Of a stretch of DNA of 64,000 bases, positions 12,111 through 26,060 are shown piece after piece (position 1 is the stretch's first letter; every line of letters begins with the position of its first letter). Where the stretch lies: the NCBI GenBank assembly GCA_036172245.1, contig JAYWIR010000038.1, forward strand, positions 186,001 to 250,000, written 5' to 3'. A program made the position numbers and the translations under genes. The DNA comes from Raillietiella orientalis. Lineage: Eukaryota. Below the pieces are notes generated by a model. It saw nothing but the letters and a program-made list of their open reading frames with translations, did not search any database and was not told the origin of the DNA.

Positions 12111-15100
12111 CCTCTAACGGCACCCTGCGCCGGAATGGATCGACCCAACAGCCACAGGCAGAGGTTCGCCAAAAAGACACGCCCGTGCCGTTCGTCGATG
12201 AGCGGGCATGAGCGTCAAAAAGGAGTTCGCGGTGGGCTCCGTTGGAACGTCCTTGGAGAGGCGATCGGACTGGTCACGCTCGGGGATCCCAGTGGGCAGT
12301 ACTTTCAAAGTGCTTAGGTGTGCACACGAGCGACTCCTGAGCTGCAGAGGCGTGGTCAGATTTTGCCTTCAGAAGCTGGTCAACGCGCAGGTCACAGCTG
12401 ACTGAAGCAGAGAGGCAGGGTATCACCCAAGAGGACCTAGAGCTAGTGGAGCTGGAGCCCTGAGCTCTCCGTCTTTTGGAGCAAGACGAACTAACGAGTA
12501 TGAGGCGGTGCGCGGTGAAGAATTGCGTCAATTGCTATAAGGGGATGGCTAGTAAGAGCGACACGAAGAAGTGTGTTGATGATGTCGGAAAGGGCGGCGT
12601 GAAAAGGTGGATCGGGAAGATAGGGTAGGGAAAAGGTAGATTCCACCATGGCCATTATTTTTAGATAGTAAATTAACTACTACTGCGATGATATATTGAC
12701 ATTTCATATCGAAAATAAATTATTTCTTTTAAGTACATTGGATAAGTCATTTTCAAAGAATAAAATGCGATTCATTTCAGTGAAGCTGAGGTCTCCTAAA
12801 AAGTTAACACTTGAGGTTGATGATGTTGAGTTTGATGGACAAAGTGAACCTGTGGCTGATCAGGCAGATTTCTAAGCCACCATTTTCTGCTCCCACGATC
12901 TGTGGAACTAAGCTGGGCTATCGGAGCAAATGTGCGCCGTTGGGATTTGGAGCCCACAGAAACAAGACGTGGGAGGGAAACCACTTCCAAGATGAGATCC
13001 CAGTCTCAGACCTCAGAGACGCGTACGCGCAAACTTAGGTAAACGACACGGCCTGGACTTCTTTCCACCGGAGCCCACTAAACGACGGGCTCCCATAAAA
13101 ACAGTCGCTATTGCAGGTTGAAATCGCCTCCATGGCAACAGCTGGATGCCATGAGAACCTCCTTTACGGCTGGAGACATTCAAAGAGATGAAATGGACAT
13201 TTGCGAACAACAATCTCAGCGTTTCGCAAAAGGAATCTGCCGGTGAGTGTCCCCAAAAGGACGGCTGACGAGTATTCGCACGCAGACCTATCAGCTGGAT
13301 ATCCCAGACTTCCCTCTCTACCTTGGAGGTCTGCAATCTCTTCGTTGCTAGCTGCTTCAGACTGTCGGCTCTCCGGATCTGAGGCCGCGAGATTCACCCC
13401 CGAGGACGCTGCCTTTGAAGAAGTGCCTACAGGCCCCACCGGAAGATGAAGATCCGCGTGATTCTGTGTCCCGGAGCCCTGGACAGAAAGCGCAAAAAAC
13501 AGCATCGGCTATTCGAAAGATTCCGGGGCGCTGGGAAGGCGGGAGTGAGTCGAGGTGAAGTGGACGTTTAAAGGAGAACCACTCGAGATCACGTCGGGGC
13601 TGGCACGTCGAGAAAGGAGAGCACCCAAGCCTATGCAGACCAATTACATGAGGACCATCGTCCCGTCTACGAGACGCGCGATACACATTTCTGCCTATGC
13701 GCGTCCAGTGCCCGCCAGGCAGGGCGCTAACGTCCTGTGCAGAAGAAGCGGACAGGGGGGACGAATCGCTAGGTCACATCCTTTGCAGATAAATTCAGCA
13801 GCCAGAGGTTGTCGCAAAGGGGAGTCAGGGTGGACTGGTGACACAGATCATGGAGAGACTACCCGGAAGCACTGGCAGTCAGTAGTCTCCAGTCAACCAT
13901 GCCGTTCTGGGAAGAGACTTCAAGCTCGAACCGGACCTCGCTCTCCAGGGCGAAGAGACGGAGTCCTACCGGACGTCGTTCGGACCTTTAGCGAGGACTC
14001 ATCAACCGCGCGCTGGAGAGGAGAGGTGGAGAAGACGGAAAGGACGGGGGCTCTCCACCTCTTCTGCAGAGTGACCGCGACCTCAAGGGCGATGGCAGTG
14101 GAATCTTCGGGATCGGAAAAATGCCAAAGTGTTGGGAGAGCTGAAAAGTTCCCCAGAAGCTGCCGGGAGAAAAATCGGAGCTGTCGAAGGGTGCTCAACG
14201 CCTGCCTGCAATGGAGGAACATTCGAAAATCACGGAAAGGGTTGACGGGAAGAGGTAGAGGAGAAGGAGATGGACGGCTGCATTCCCTCTGTAGGTTTGT
14301 AACCCCCTTCCAGCATCCTTTCATGCGAGAAAGTTAAAAGAAGTGGTCGTTGGAGGTTTAGCAGACATTCCCTTTCTTTCTTTTTTCGGTTGGGAATGAA
14401 GGTCTCTCTCGAACACGAGGCCGGGGACCGCGGGATGCGTGCTGCCGTTCGCATTCGAACGTGCAAGCCGTCTGCTGACCCGGTTCGCCCTCGCGCGCTT
14501 GCGTGAGGTCGCTCGTCGTGGAACCCTTCGTTTGCCTCGCTCCGCTATGCTTGAGATGCCGTGTGCTGTCATTCGCTCATCTTTTCGGCAGGGCACTCTT
14601 CCCTTCGACGGTCTCACCTTCTTCTTTCGTTCTTCTTCGCGCTTCCGCCGTTTGCTCTGTGCCGAATGTTTGCGACCCCCCTCTTCCCAGTTTCAGTTGA
14701 CACAGGGGAAGAGCTGCGAGAACCGAATTGCGTTCGGAGATGGATTCCGAGGAGGAAACGGAAATGCTTCCCAGCGCAGCTAGCTGCCTTCGGATTCGGT
14801 CTAATTACGTGCATGCTCCAGGAATACTAGGGATTCCCCAACGCGCATCCTAATTGCAGCGCTAAAGTTCTTCGTGCTTTCCCGTATCAGTGCGGACCCG
14901 ACCAGGACTGTGAAGTTATCACATGACTTCCGCTTCGTTCGCTCCTTGTTCCGGTGAAACGTGCGCGCGCATATCTGGCAGCCCGGTGCAGTTTTCATCA
15001 TTTGCTCCTCCGAACTGATCTTGCCTGGCTTTGACTCTGACCTGACTTTGGACCCTCGATGACGATTCAAACGTGTACGACTGCCCAGCAACAGGAAGAC

Positions 15101-16494
15101 TCAGGAGCAGCGGCGATGTGTTCCTGCGGTTTCCGTAAGGACTCCGTTTTTAATAAATGACCATCTCCAATCAACGTCGATGACACTTTATTGATACGAT
15201 TTCATGATGCTGCCGGTTGAGGTTAAAGCTCTTGTCATCGCATTTTATAGCGTTCGAAATTCCGTGCTGTAAGTTCTAATCCTTCCTGGTAGTAAAGATG
15301 GAATTGCATTTCGTTCATCTTTAGTGTTCCATCAAGTGAAGGACATAACTGCCGATGATCCGCAGTCCTGGAAATGATTTCTCGAAGCGGAAGAATGCCG
15401 GAGTGAAAATGCGAGATGCAAACCGAGTTCAAGGATGCACACTGATAATTCTGCTTTGCCAAATATCCTCCCATATTCATCCTGTGGTCTCCAATAACAG
15501 CAGATCGTGCTTTCCACACTTGGGTTGGAAATGGTCATGAAGGATCTCTAGAAAAACTCATGTCCGAAAAAAACCATGGGGAATTAATTCAAGGAACTGT
15601 TAAAACGAGAGTTGGACCATTTATTCCTCATCATGAGTTTCCACAGACAAAGCATCGTAGAATTTGCATCACAAGGCTCAGTGCTTCCATCATTCCAGGG
15701 ATTTCAAGCATTTCGAAGTTTTCTTGTCTTTCATACAACAGAATGATTCTGGCCAAAGCGAACGTGGACCACAATTCTTTGTTCTAAGGATGCCACTTAA
15801 ATAACACAGCATCTTTATGGTTTATCTTCCAATTCACCAATTTATTTCTTCACCTTTTCCACCTAATCTCAGCAGATGATGACAGGAAATGGCACCCGCA
15901 TGGCTCCCAGACAGCCTTGTCGGAAGAAAAATTGATATCGCAAGTCCAAAGAGCTCGCTGAAGGTTTCACGGAGGTCCAATTTGTTTTTTGTTTTTTTTT
16001 CTCCGAAAGAAACGCCATCTTTTATCGCGTTGGCGTTTTCCACTCCGTTTTATATTTCAAGGGCGAAATGAAATTTTCAATAGATGTTAATAGCCAATTT
16101 ATTCTCTTCCAGCTCGCCATTTTTTGCGAAAGACCGAACAAGAAGAAATCCATCGAGGAAGGAGGAACCGCGTAGTCAGCCTGCAACCCTGCACATTACC
16201 ATAAGCCACACAAGACTGCTGTGCATAAATTACCAGAGCAGTGGGCTTTGTGGTGAAATATTGGAACAAGCAGTGAAGAATTGAACAAACGGCGAAGCAG
16301 CAGCAATTATGAGGATCAAGACGAGAAGGAAGGGGGGCAGCTTGCTTTTCTCGAAGACGAGAAAGATTTTTTCGAGCTTCCGTGAATTTTATTCACATTT
16401 TAATCTTTTATGACAAACAGAAGCACCTAGGATTCCATTCCTGAAAAACGTGCTTGGGTCCCCGTAGTGCGCGCAACAACTAGTGCTCTTTTGC

Positions 16495-16923
16495 TCAGCG
16501 TTGCTGGAGAATGAAGCCTTCTATCACGCTTTCCAGGAACTTGCAGAGTTTCCAGGAATAATAAGCGAAAAATGCATTTCTTCCCGATGATTGGACGCTG
16601 ATCTTTTCGAGCTGCGAATTCCAGAGCTGAAGTTCCGCTCTTGTCCTTACTGGGACCGGGAGGCCGGTAATTGCTTTCCTGTGTTCCTCCATCTCGTCGA
16701 CGATTTGCAGTAGGCACCTTTCCGTAATCCAAAAAAGGAAGAAGGAGTTCTCCAGTTCCTCGGTCCCGTCGGAAGACGCCTTGAGGACACATGCAGCCAG
16801 GTCGGGCACATGTCCCGTTACCCGAACCAATAAGCGTAGCGAGTGCTCGACAGCCAGCGTGCACAACGAGGTGTTGGCGCACAGCGACACCACCGTCTCC
16901 GCGTGTATTCTTTGGAGTGGCAG
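16495..16923 (-). CDS. Terminal exon of an uncharacterised minus-strand gene (helical C-terminal domain)
   Basis: Acceptor CATTTCAG|CTG; 142 open codons (LPLQRIHAETVVSLC...YYSWKLCKFLESVIEGFILQQR*); AATAAA at 16393-16388. Confidence 0.7.
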   Translation of the reverse strand: MPLQRIHAETVVSLCANTSLCTLAVEHSLRLLVRVTGHVPDLAACVLKASSDGTEELENSFFLFWITERCLLQIVDEMEEHRKAITGLPVPVRTRAELQLWNSQLEKISVQSSGRNAFFAYYSWKLCKFLESVIEGFILQQR

Positions 16924-17705
16924 CTGAAATGCAGATAGCGGTTAAAAAGCATCCCGGATGATGAGTGATTCCGCTTAATTTTACCTATTTGATTTGATGT
17001 GGACAAAACTTAACTTAAAACACACACATGTTTTTTCCGCTGAGAAAGTTCGAATTCAGATTTGAACCCACTATCTTCAGGATGCCGCGGAACGTCATAG
17101 CTTAAGATTTGCAAAGGAATGCTGGTTGTTTTAAGGACCTCGTAGATTATTGGGGGGGGGAAAGAATTCTTGCTATTTAAACGAACACATTGCTCAAAAC
17201 GCACATTTCATAGATCGCTTCAGAATACGGGGAGGGGAACTGCATCTGGAACCTTGATTGCGTATTATTTATTATGTACCTACGCAAATGCCATCACTGC
17301 TCGGTTCTCTGACTTGAAACCACATTCTGAAGGACCTGTTTTTCCAAACTGGAGATCCAGCAAAACAGTCACCTCCCAAGATCGCCACAAGTCATTGAAA
17401 AGCGAGATTCTCGGAATACGTGGAACGGAATCAGAACAGGGATAAACGGAATCATGTCCAAGAGAGAGAGGCCCTGAGGTCATGCCAATTTCTTCGGAGA
17501 CATTTTTAAAAACGGTGATGCGATACTTGCATCATCGGAACCCTAAATTCTAGACGCACTGTCCTTAAACATTCGCGTATTCCAAACAAGGGAACTCATT
17601 CCTGACAGTATGCACACAGAAACACGAGATGAAAATGGCAGGATGAAATACATGAAAATTCTTCCCGGGGAATGAGGAAAAAGGGATGCAGGCGTGGCGA
17701 ACAAC

Positions 17706-17927
17706 CTTCAGAGCACTGAAATGCTTCATCAAAAGGTACGATAGATGAGTTGGGTGGATTCGACTTGCTGTGTAGCGCTAGGCCGAATTCATTTGCCTCT
17801 GCCGTTCTAGTAGGACTTCGAGAACGGCACAAGGACACGAGGTCTGTGCTGTTTGCAATTGGTTTAAGGATTTCAGTGAGAAAAGGGGATGCTTCGGTAG
17901 AATGACCAGAGTTTGAATCCAGCTCAT
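17706..17927 (-). CDS. Candidate internal exon (phase 1-1, 74 codons, Ser-rich)
   Basis: Pyrimidine tract plus CTCTCAG acceptor, open frame, GAAG|GTTGT donor; its link to neighbouring exons is unresolved. Confidence 0.35.
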
Positions 17928-18623
17928 CTGAGAGATGAGCACAAGTAAAAAATGCATCCTTTTTTTTTCTTTTTTCTTTTTCAAGATGCTTAATGAAAAG
18001 CTAAGAACTCCCCCATGTGGCACTTGTAGGAATCAAAATTCAACTTCCTTCCTTCCAGCTAAATGGAAAACTGGTTTCATCCACTCCAGAACACTTTACA
18101 GACATCCACAGGATCCACAGGATTGTTGGTCATCGACGTGTCTTTTCGAGTTTGGGGCTGAAGATGTTTTCATCCAGTCAGCGAGACATGGAAGCGCTCT
18201 GTTAATTCGCTCGACCTCTCGCGGCAAGAAAAGCAAGGACGTTCGAACACTTCATAGTTCTTCCAGCCTTCTTCCCATGATTTTTTTTCGGAAAGAAAAG
18301 AAAGAGAGAAAAGCTTTCCGAGTTTCTCAGAGATGACGTCTGCATGTCTTTCGTGGCAATTTCGTCTGCAGATTTCCTCTGCGATTTCTTGTTTGTCCTT
18401 GAAACGAGAAGCAGTTCAATGTTCCTTGCATGAGTCATTTTTCAAGATCATTCAAGATTCATGCAATGGGACATGGCGACAATTTCCGTGAATTTGCTAT
18501 ATGAAAATCTTATCAAACTCAACTTATTCTGAAGGACAAAAAATTCCTTTACGAATTCGCACGAATTGTATCTCGATTTCCTGCAGATATTCCAGTGTTC
18601 AAATTCAGCGCAGGACGGCATTC

Positions 18624-19367
18624 TGATGGAAATCTTTTTTTTTTCTGTCTTCGCAGTTCTTCGACACGGTTCCACGCCACCCGAGGGTGGGTAATTCTTT
18701 AAGATAGGGGGTACCCCGGGAAGGTTCTGCCTAGGAAGGACTCGAAGTCCGTTCCTCTCACGCCTGGGGAGGGATCCCCGGAAATGGAGATCACCTCCAC
18801 CCTGGTTGTCTCCGAAGGGGAATGCAGAAAGAAATCCTTCTTCCTTATTCTCTCCGGAGGACCCCGGGGGGTCTGCTCCATTCTTTCGTCTCTGAAGGGA
18901 TCCCCCGCAAGGGATCCGCTCCTGTTTTTACTCCTCTGAAGAGAACTTCGAGGGGAAGCTTCCGAGATCCAGAAGGACGCAGCTTCCCCGAAGGGATCGG
19001 CTCGCTTCTCTGCACTCACTGGAGAGGTGGTGGCGACACACACCTTCTCCATCAGTACGACGCGGAGGGTCCCTCCGGAATGAGGGGTCCACTCCTTCAC
19101 AACCGGAGGGGGGCTCTCACTCCGTGATTCCTGGAAGGACCCGGAGGCCGACTCCCATTTGTCCCAGCCCTCATCGGGGGCATCCGGTTTGAACCGCTAC
19201 CAGTGCCGCACCCGGATGAATGTAGGCCAACCAGCGTCATCTTGCGGGGTGAACTCGGAGAACCCAAGACGCACTGCCCCGTCGATTTCTTCAGAGTATT
19301 CGAACCACGACGCATGGTGGTGCCACGCGCGGAGACCACCGTAACCACCGTAACCTCCGACGCGGGC
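18624..19367 (-). mobile_element. tRNA-headed SINE-like element, copy B (near full length)
   Basis: Starts GCCCGCGTCGGAGG..TGGTTACGG; B-box-like GGTTCGAATAC at 19306-19296; high identity to copies D and E. Confidence 0.9.
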
Positions 19368-22300
19368 AGAATTCAGGATTGAGGCAGAAAGGCATTTGGA
19401 AACTCCAGGCAGCACGGCAAGACTTTGACGGTTGCCATTCATCGCTCGCTATGAAATTCGCGATTCGATCACGGATTATGTAAAGACATGCAGTCCAAAG
19501 AATCAATGAGCTCATCCCCACCCTGCTCCTGGAACCCCAAGAGATTTTCTCAGTGCCCAATCTCAGTGCTGTCACCTAAGAAAAAAAAAAAAAAGCTTTG
19601 GCTAAGCTAACGGCGATTCATAGATGAATCACAGATGTCAACTTTGAGTAAGAACCGTCCGCAGTACTTCTGAATTTCCAAACCGTTTCGATTTTGATGC
19701 GGATTCGGGTGTTTTCAGGAACATCCGAATCCACCTGAGATTCACAAGATGAAATCTGTGCTGCCTGCAGATTTCGTCAGAATCATCACAGAGTGATTTC
19801 CGTTACTGATTCAGTAACTCGAAAAAATCTCGTTTTCAGTTGATTACTTTCACATGGAATGAAATCGTAGTGGAAGCATCTAAAATAGCTGATGACTTCG
19901 ATGCTAGCAGCCGACCTGCGTCACGGAAAATTAGGGATGGAGCGTTTCTTCCTTGCGTTCCATTTGTGCGATCGTTTTCCACTTGCCATTTCTGATTCGA
20001 CCTCGTTTGGTTTCCCAGACTCAGGTGGTCAGAAATGTTTCCAAATTCGCGATGATAAATTACGATCGGCGAATCCCAAGATTGAGATCAGTAACTGCAG
20101 GTAGCCTTAGTGCTTTCGTTTTCCTTCGTATATTTGATATTCAAGCATTTCAATATGGAAAAGGCATGCAAATGTTTGATTAGATTAGATTTAGATCCCA
20201 GAGGAAAAATCAAGGGATGGAAACCGGAGTGCCGCCTTCAATCCTTGTTTGCTCTCCAAATAAAAATTGCATCTCGAAGGAGAATTTCAGACTGCTTCAA
20301 AGACATCTGGAAGTAATTTGATTATGGGTTTCAAAGACATGAGGCATAATCTAATCATAGATCCCATAGATATCGGGGGGGACTAGGGCAAAACCCCTCT
20401 CCAGTGAGTGAGGTGAACCGAATGTTCTGCCGTACGAAGTGACGAATTTTCGATCCCATCTCTGTTTTCACGGACTTTGGATCGGGCGACTCGTTGAGAG
20501 AGCAGCAAGCTGAATCTAAACGAGCAGCCTCCGTGTGCACCGAAGAGGGAAAAAGAAAGCGGAGCGGGGAAACTGCACGCGCACAGAGAAAAATTTGCTC
20601 AACTTTCAGCAACAGAAACGGCCGTCATCTGAAAAATCAAGGTGGCCTCAGAGATGGAAACAGCAAAAAGGGGATCACACAGTTAAACCATTGATCACAA
20701 TCTCAGGGATCACAGTTACGCGTCGTTCCGTGAAGGAAAAAAACGCTCGTAATCCTTCCGAAGAGTTTGGTTCTATGAAGCAGGCAGCTGGTATGAGCCT
20801 TCAGGAGACATCAAGACGGTGTGAAACAGGTACAAAAGGGAAAAAAAAGATCATCTTGTTTTCGAAGGTATCACTATGAAACCAAGTCTTGTGGTTCCAA
20901 AGATTCTTTGTCTGATGTTAACTTATCTTCTGTGGGTGGATGGAATTTAGATTTGTTATTTTTCCTTATTTTGTAATGTACTATTGCAGAGTGGTGGCAA
21001 AGCCCTTTTCTCGTTCTGTAAATGAACAAAGTCTCACGGACTCTTCGAGGGGCGTCACAGAAATATTTCCGAGATTATGATCTTGATACGAATCTTCACT
21101 GTAACAAACAGAAGGTTTATCACAACATACTTTTCTCATATTTTCATCAACTGAATCCTGAGAAGAACCTGAGACTCTTCGAATCTCTTTTGCAAATGGG
21201 AATTCCACTCGCAAAGACAAACTTCCAATTCAACTAATCAGGTGATTTTTAATTAATTATTGGAACAATAAGTTAGAGATGTATCCTTATGTATCAATCT
21301 TTTATTTGCATTTTTTTTTTTTTTTTTTTATCGATTACTACCGGGGTTCATCATGCATGAAAATTACACTGTTTATGCCTTGCATATCTTCCATTAGCAT
21401 TTTAAGCGCCATGCTAGAGTGTGTTTGCACTCGAGCCCGTTGAGAATCATTAGAGTGGAGAATAAATTTGCAAAAACGACAAAAAAAGTTCCCGAATTTC
21501 GAGCCTTCACGTACGCGATCATTAGAAGCTCGAAAATATGTAAGGGAGCAACTCATCCACGTATCCTTAGTGATTGCAGAGAGCACGCAGCTTGTGTTTT
21601 CATAACGCAATACTTCTTTATGAGAACATTTTATGCTTTCTATGCACACAATTAAGAAATTATTGGCCAATGGAAGGATTCTCTCCGACAGAAAATAAGC
21701 GATTTAAAAAAGCTGCAACGGTTCATTACCGGGATGTGTTCTCAGCTTCCGGGAACATCGGTTTAGCTAGAACCCAAAGAATTTCCACTGTTGGCCACAT
21801 CCTCTAGTTGGCCACACACCTGCCGCCTTCCTCGATTCGAACGCTACTCTTATTTACCACTACATCCCGCCTAGCGAAAATACGTCACTTATCGAATGAA
21901 AGGTTCAAAAGAAATGTCTGAGCCAATATGAGACATAGTGTGAACTACGCTCATCGTAAAATATGAAACAGTGTGAGTCTGGAGTCACGTGGGATCGGCC
22001 ACAGCACTTGAACGTCCCTATGAGGTTTCCAGCACGCAGAGGAAGGAGAACGGTGGTTTGATTCTGGGAAAGAGAAAGTGTGATGGTTCATCTGTTGAAC
22101 AAAGAGAACATACGGAGACTGCGAAATAGCTACCGAAACGGAAGGATGATGAAACCAGGTGCATATGAGATGACGCAGGAAAATAAATACAGAAGAAAAC
22201 CCTTGCCAAGAGAGGAAAATGCCAACACATTGGCTGTACAGAAAACAGAACTTGAGTACAGTACAGAGGTTTGTTTGGAGGGCGACAGGGCATTAATTGG

Positions 22301-25184
22301 GATGAGATTTTGATTTTATCAAGAATGAGAGATAAAGCACGCAACTACAACTAAGAGAGGAAAACCTAATGAAAAAACTACTGAGTTGCAGGAGAGATCC
22401 AAGAGAAAGAGCTGCTCTTCGGGAAAAAGTGCGAATCCACGGTGTGAATACGAACCGGAAGAGATTACGGAAAAGACGCTGAAATTCGGCGAGAATTCCA
22501 ACTTCCAAGGATGAGAACCAAAGTGTTGGGCAGTCGTGGATGTTCTCAAAGATCAGATTCTTCCTTTCCCTACCCCATCAGGATCCCTATCTTAGAACGT
22601 TGCCAAAGAAACCCAAGAGCTCTTCAGAAACCTCGTCCGCGAGCACCGCGTGTGCAGTCCTTAAGATGGAGGAAGCATCGGATGTGTCCGAAAGAGAGAG
22701 AGAGCGAGAAACATGAGACTGATCTGCATAACGGCTCACTCACCCGCACAGAGCAGGTGGCGGATGTTCTTCAAACATCGATCTCCGTCTCATATTATGG
22801 ACATCACTACAGCTTCCAACATCCCCTAGTGAGCTGGACTGATAAAACGATGTCGAGACGGGGGTCTGAGCGAAGTGCAGCACCATGTTGCTGAACCCGA
22901 CTGAGACTGCTGTGGACGACGATTCCATGCACACTGCACCGAATATCCCACCGAATACCTCATGAAAACACCATCGCGTTCACATCCAACAAGATGCCCC
23001 CCACTGCATGGCTGGCCTTTCCGTTAGCCCCGTGGAGGGCGTCACCACCGCTGATCCCCTTGCTACCTTGCAGAGCTACGAGAAACTTTCGAACCCGGAA
23101 GGTAAGCCACTGAGGCCGTTCAAAATGCTGTGCTTTGCTCAGTTGTCACCAGCACGGCCCAATGGAGCCGGTCGGCTGCAAAAATCAGATGTACCGGAAG
23201 GACTTCCTAAATTGGGGCTTCATGTGATAAAAGTGAGTCCATCTCGTCCGAACGCAGGCGAGGGAGGGAAACAGGGCTCGGGAATCAAAAGTAGCCTGCC
23301 TGGTAAGGTCTTCCTCAAACCTCGGCTCTTCACGGTACCGCTGTCCAAGATGCAGATCGCTCACTTTCCTACAGTGGGTACCGTTCGCTTGTCTTCCGAG
23401 CTTGCCGTTTTCGAGACTGCCCACGTGTGGCAGGAACGATACTTTCACTAAGGCATGCGAAATTGAATAAGACGGTTGATTTTTATCAGGGAAATCTGCG
23501 CCATCTCGGGGTGGTACAATCAGGTCACGCCTAACGATATCCAGATGCGTATTTATTCCACATCTGGACATGGAACTCACGAGGAACGATCCGCAAAAGG
23601 CACATCAAAACAGTAGGAGAGCTCGAAAAGGGCGGGTGCTGACTTTGGAATTGGATAAAGGTGACGAGGAAGGTCTGACGTGGCTTAGCAAAGCTTCTAG
23701 CGACGGGAAAGGGGAAAAGTGAAGTACCTAGGGATGCAAACAACTCAAACCAGAAAGCTGCGAGGTATGTAAGAGGCAACTGGGCTCTGAAGTCTGCTGC
23801 CTCGGGTTGCACACAGAAGCCTGCTGTTTCTCGGGGGAAGATGACTGCCACCCTAAAGAAATCAGCAGTGCTTTCTAGCCAGACATTCAAGAGAAAAGCT
23901 GAAATTCCCAGTGAGGAGGAGCTAGGAATGACAAAAAGAGGGGGGGGGGAAAGAGAAGCAAGATAATCATCATTAATCCATCAGAGCTCTCTCTGAAATC
24001 CCATCCCATTCGGACCAATTCCAAAAGTGAATTCGGAACCGAGGGAGTCTGCGGCAGGTCACCCGTTGTAATGGCACCTCACCGTAACCGATGGCAACTC
24101 CAAAAGTTCCCGCGATAATGGCAGGTGGCACCGATTCTGCTTGAATTCTAAACAACTTCAGAGCACGCTCCATTCCAGAGTTGCAGATTCTTCAGCATCT
24201 CCGTAGAAGCAACAGAACTTGCGTAAAGATGAAAGTGCAAAGTGCACGGGGGAGCAAGCCGATCGTGTTTCCAGCCCATTACGTGGCAATGTCGCTGGAT
24301 CCAGGCAACGAGTAAAAAAACCGAGCATTTGGTGCATGGAAATACACTGAGCCAGTGCCGAGGAAGAAATGGGAACTGCCTCATAACACGGGCGGAATGC
24401 AATTCCGTTTAACGACTCTTGTCAGGACGACACTGATTGCAGCAGGCAAAAATAGCAATCCTGAACTGAGCCATAAAGGAATCTCCAAGCAACAACTGGG
24501 ACGCTCTAACAGTATGGGAGCAGCTGAGAGATGGTCCTGTATTAAAAGGTATCAGTTAATGGAAACGACGATGACTGAGAAGACAGCGCCAAATGGTGGG
24601 ACATAGTGATAGTGGGTTACTATATAATGAATGAAAGAAAGAGATGTGCCAGTGGGTAACTTAGCTAGAGGAATTTCAGTGAGTCCCATGGCGAAGAGGA
24701 GAACGACGCCCATGGTTCACAAGAGAGAGTCAAGTCTTTGGGAGAGCTCCGAGCCGGCTGGCGCAACTAATCATCTGCATATTTCTATCCTGGCAACGTC
24801 GGCGATGATTACAGCGTCTTGTTTCCGTGGTAACCTTTGATGTTTTGTTCTGATGTTTTTTGGCTTGTTGCCGTGATCGAGAGGCCAAGAGGAATGAGGT
24901 AGGGAAGATTTCGCGAGGAGTTCCGGTCAGCGATTGGTCTCGTCTGCTACGGAAGGGAGGTGGTCCCCCAAACCGTACCCCCTTTCGAACACCCCACGAG
25001 TCGCGGGGGACGGGATCAGTAGGAAATCTTGCTATCGGGTTGCATTAATAAAAGCAATGAAATGCTCCGGTGTTTCAAGGGACAAATATGAATGAGCGAT
25101 GACTCCCTTTTTTTTTTTTTTTTTCTTTTCCAGAATTAAATGAAGAGATCACCGTTTGCATTTTAATTATCAAAAGAAACGTAC

Positions 25185-26060
25185 CTTTTTGAAGCCGGTG
25201 TATTGGAGAATTCTCTCGATTAGAAAGTGAAGGGTTCTTTGGAATGCCGCGGTTATATCTTCCTGGAAGCATTCCCAGTCGCAGCTCAGCAACTTTTTGA
25301 CCACAGAAACGGATTCTTCCAGCAGAAACCGCTTATGCTCAGTCACCTTAGCGAGACAGTGAGTAATCCCATCCAGGACACGACTCAGAGTTGTCAGGAG
25401 AATCTCGTGAAAGGAATTGGTCTTGATGGCCTCCAGTAGGTGCGAACGAGATGGGAAGGGGTTTTCGACCGTGTCCTCACAGTCCGTGTCTTCACTGCTG
25501 AAGGATGCGTGGGCATGCGATGAGATAGTCCCGCTGTTCGGAGTGCTCAGGTGGAATATCTTACTCAGTTCTGACGTCGGAACAAACAGCCCATCGCGAA
25601 TGAATTCTCTGAGCTGGATAACCGACCGCAGGAACCCGATGTTGTGGGATTCGAGCGGAGGCAGCTCGGAGGAAGAGGCTTTCGGGAGAAGGCTTTCCCG
25701 TTCTACGCGGTCCGACGCACTCTCGATCCCGTCGTTTTTAATGAGCCGAAGAACAAAAACTTCCTGCTTCAGTTTCAACACCAGGTTTTCCAGCTGCGTT
25801 TTGTTACCAAAAAGGCGGCACATCTCTTCGCGCCGCTGAAACGCAGCAGGGTGGCACGTTCCGGAGGGAGTGTTCCCACACCAACCTTTTTCTCGTTCGC
25901 TCTTGCTTGCACGAACTCGAGCGTGTATTCCCTCCCGGAAACCGACTCCGGCTTCGACCGCAGTATGCAGAGAGCGATCCTCACTTTGAGGCTCACCACG
26001 AGGTGAGCCACGGAGTGCGCGTCCATGGACGGAAGAACCAGCCGATGCAGGGTTCCCACA
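25185..26060 (-). CDS. Two internal exons (about 26060-25886 and 25835-25185) of an uncharacterised helical protein, probably the same gene as 16495-16923
   Basis: A 50-nt intron GTTGGT...TTTCAG (25885-25836) joins ..ARANEKK to RREEMC.. in frame. The 651-nt exon ends AAG|GTACGT in phase 0, compatible with the phase-0 terminal exon. Confidence 0.7.

Noticed and set aside
12130..14340. Additional decayed LINE fragments or genes
   Set aside because: Composition is suggestive but there is no motif clear enough to support a call.
19159..19344. Recurring small ORF MSxPSSGASGLNRYQC as a peptide family
   Set aside because: It is the antisense translation of the SINE head, starts at a non-ATG codon and is broken by indels among copies.
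18602..19376. TSD for SINE copy B (AATTCAG)
   Set aside because: Only 7 bp and not flush with the element end; could be chance.
20350..24000. Plus-strand nested gene (ORFs 20535-20879, 22080-22313, 23008-23451)
   Set aside because: Isolated splice-like sites; phases could not be linked and no domain was recognised.
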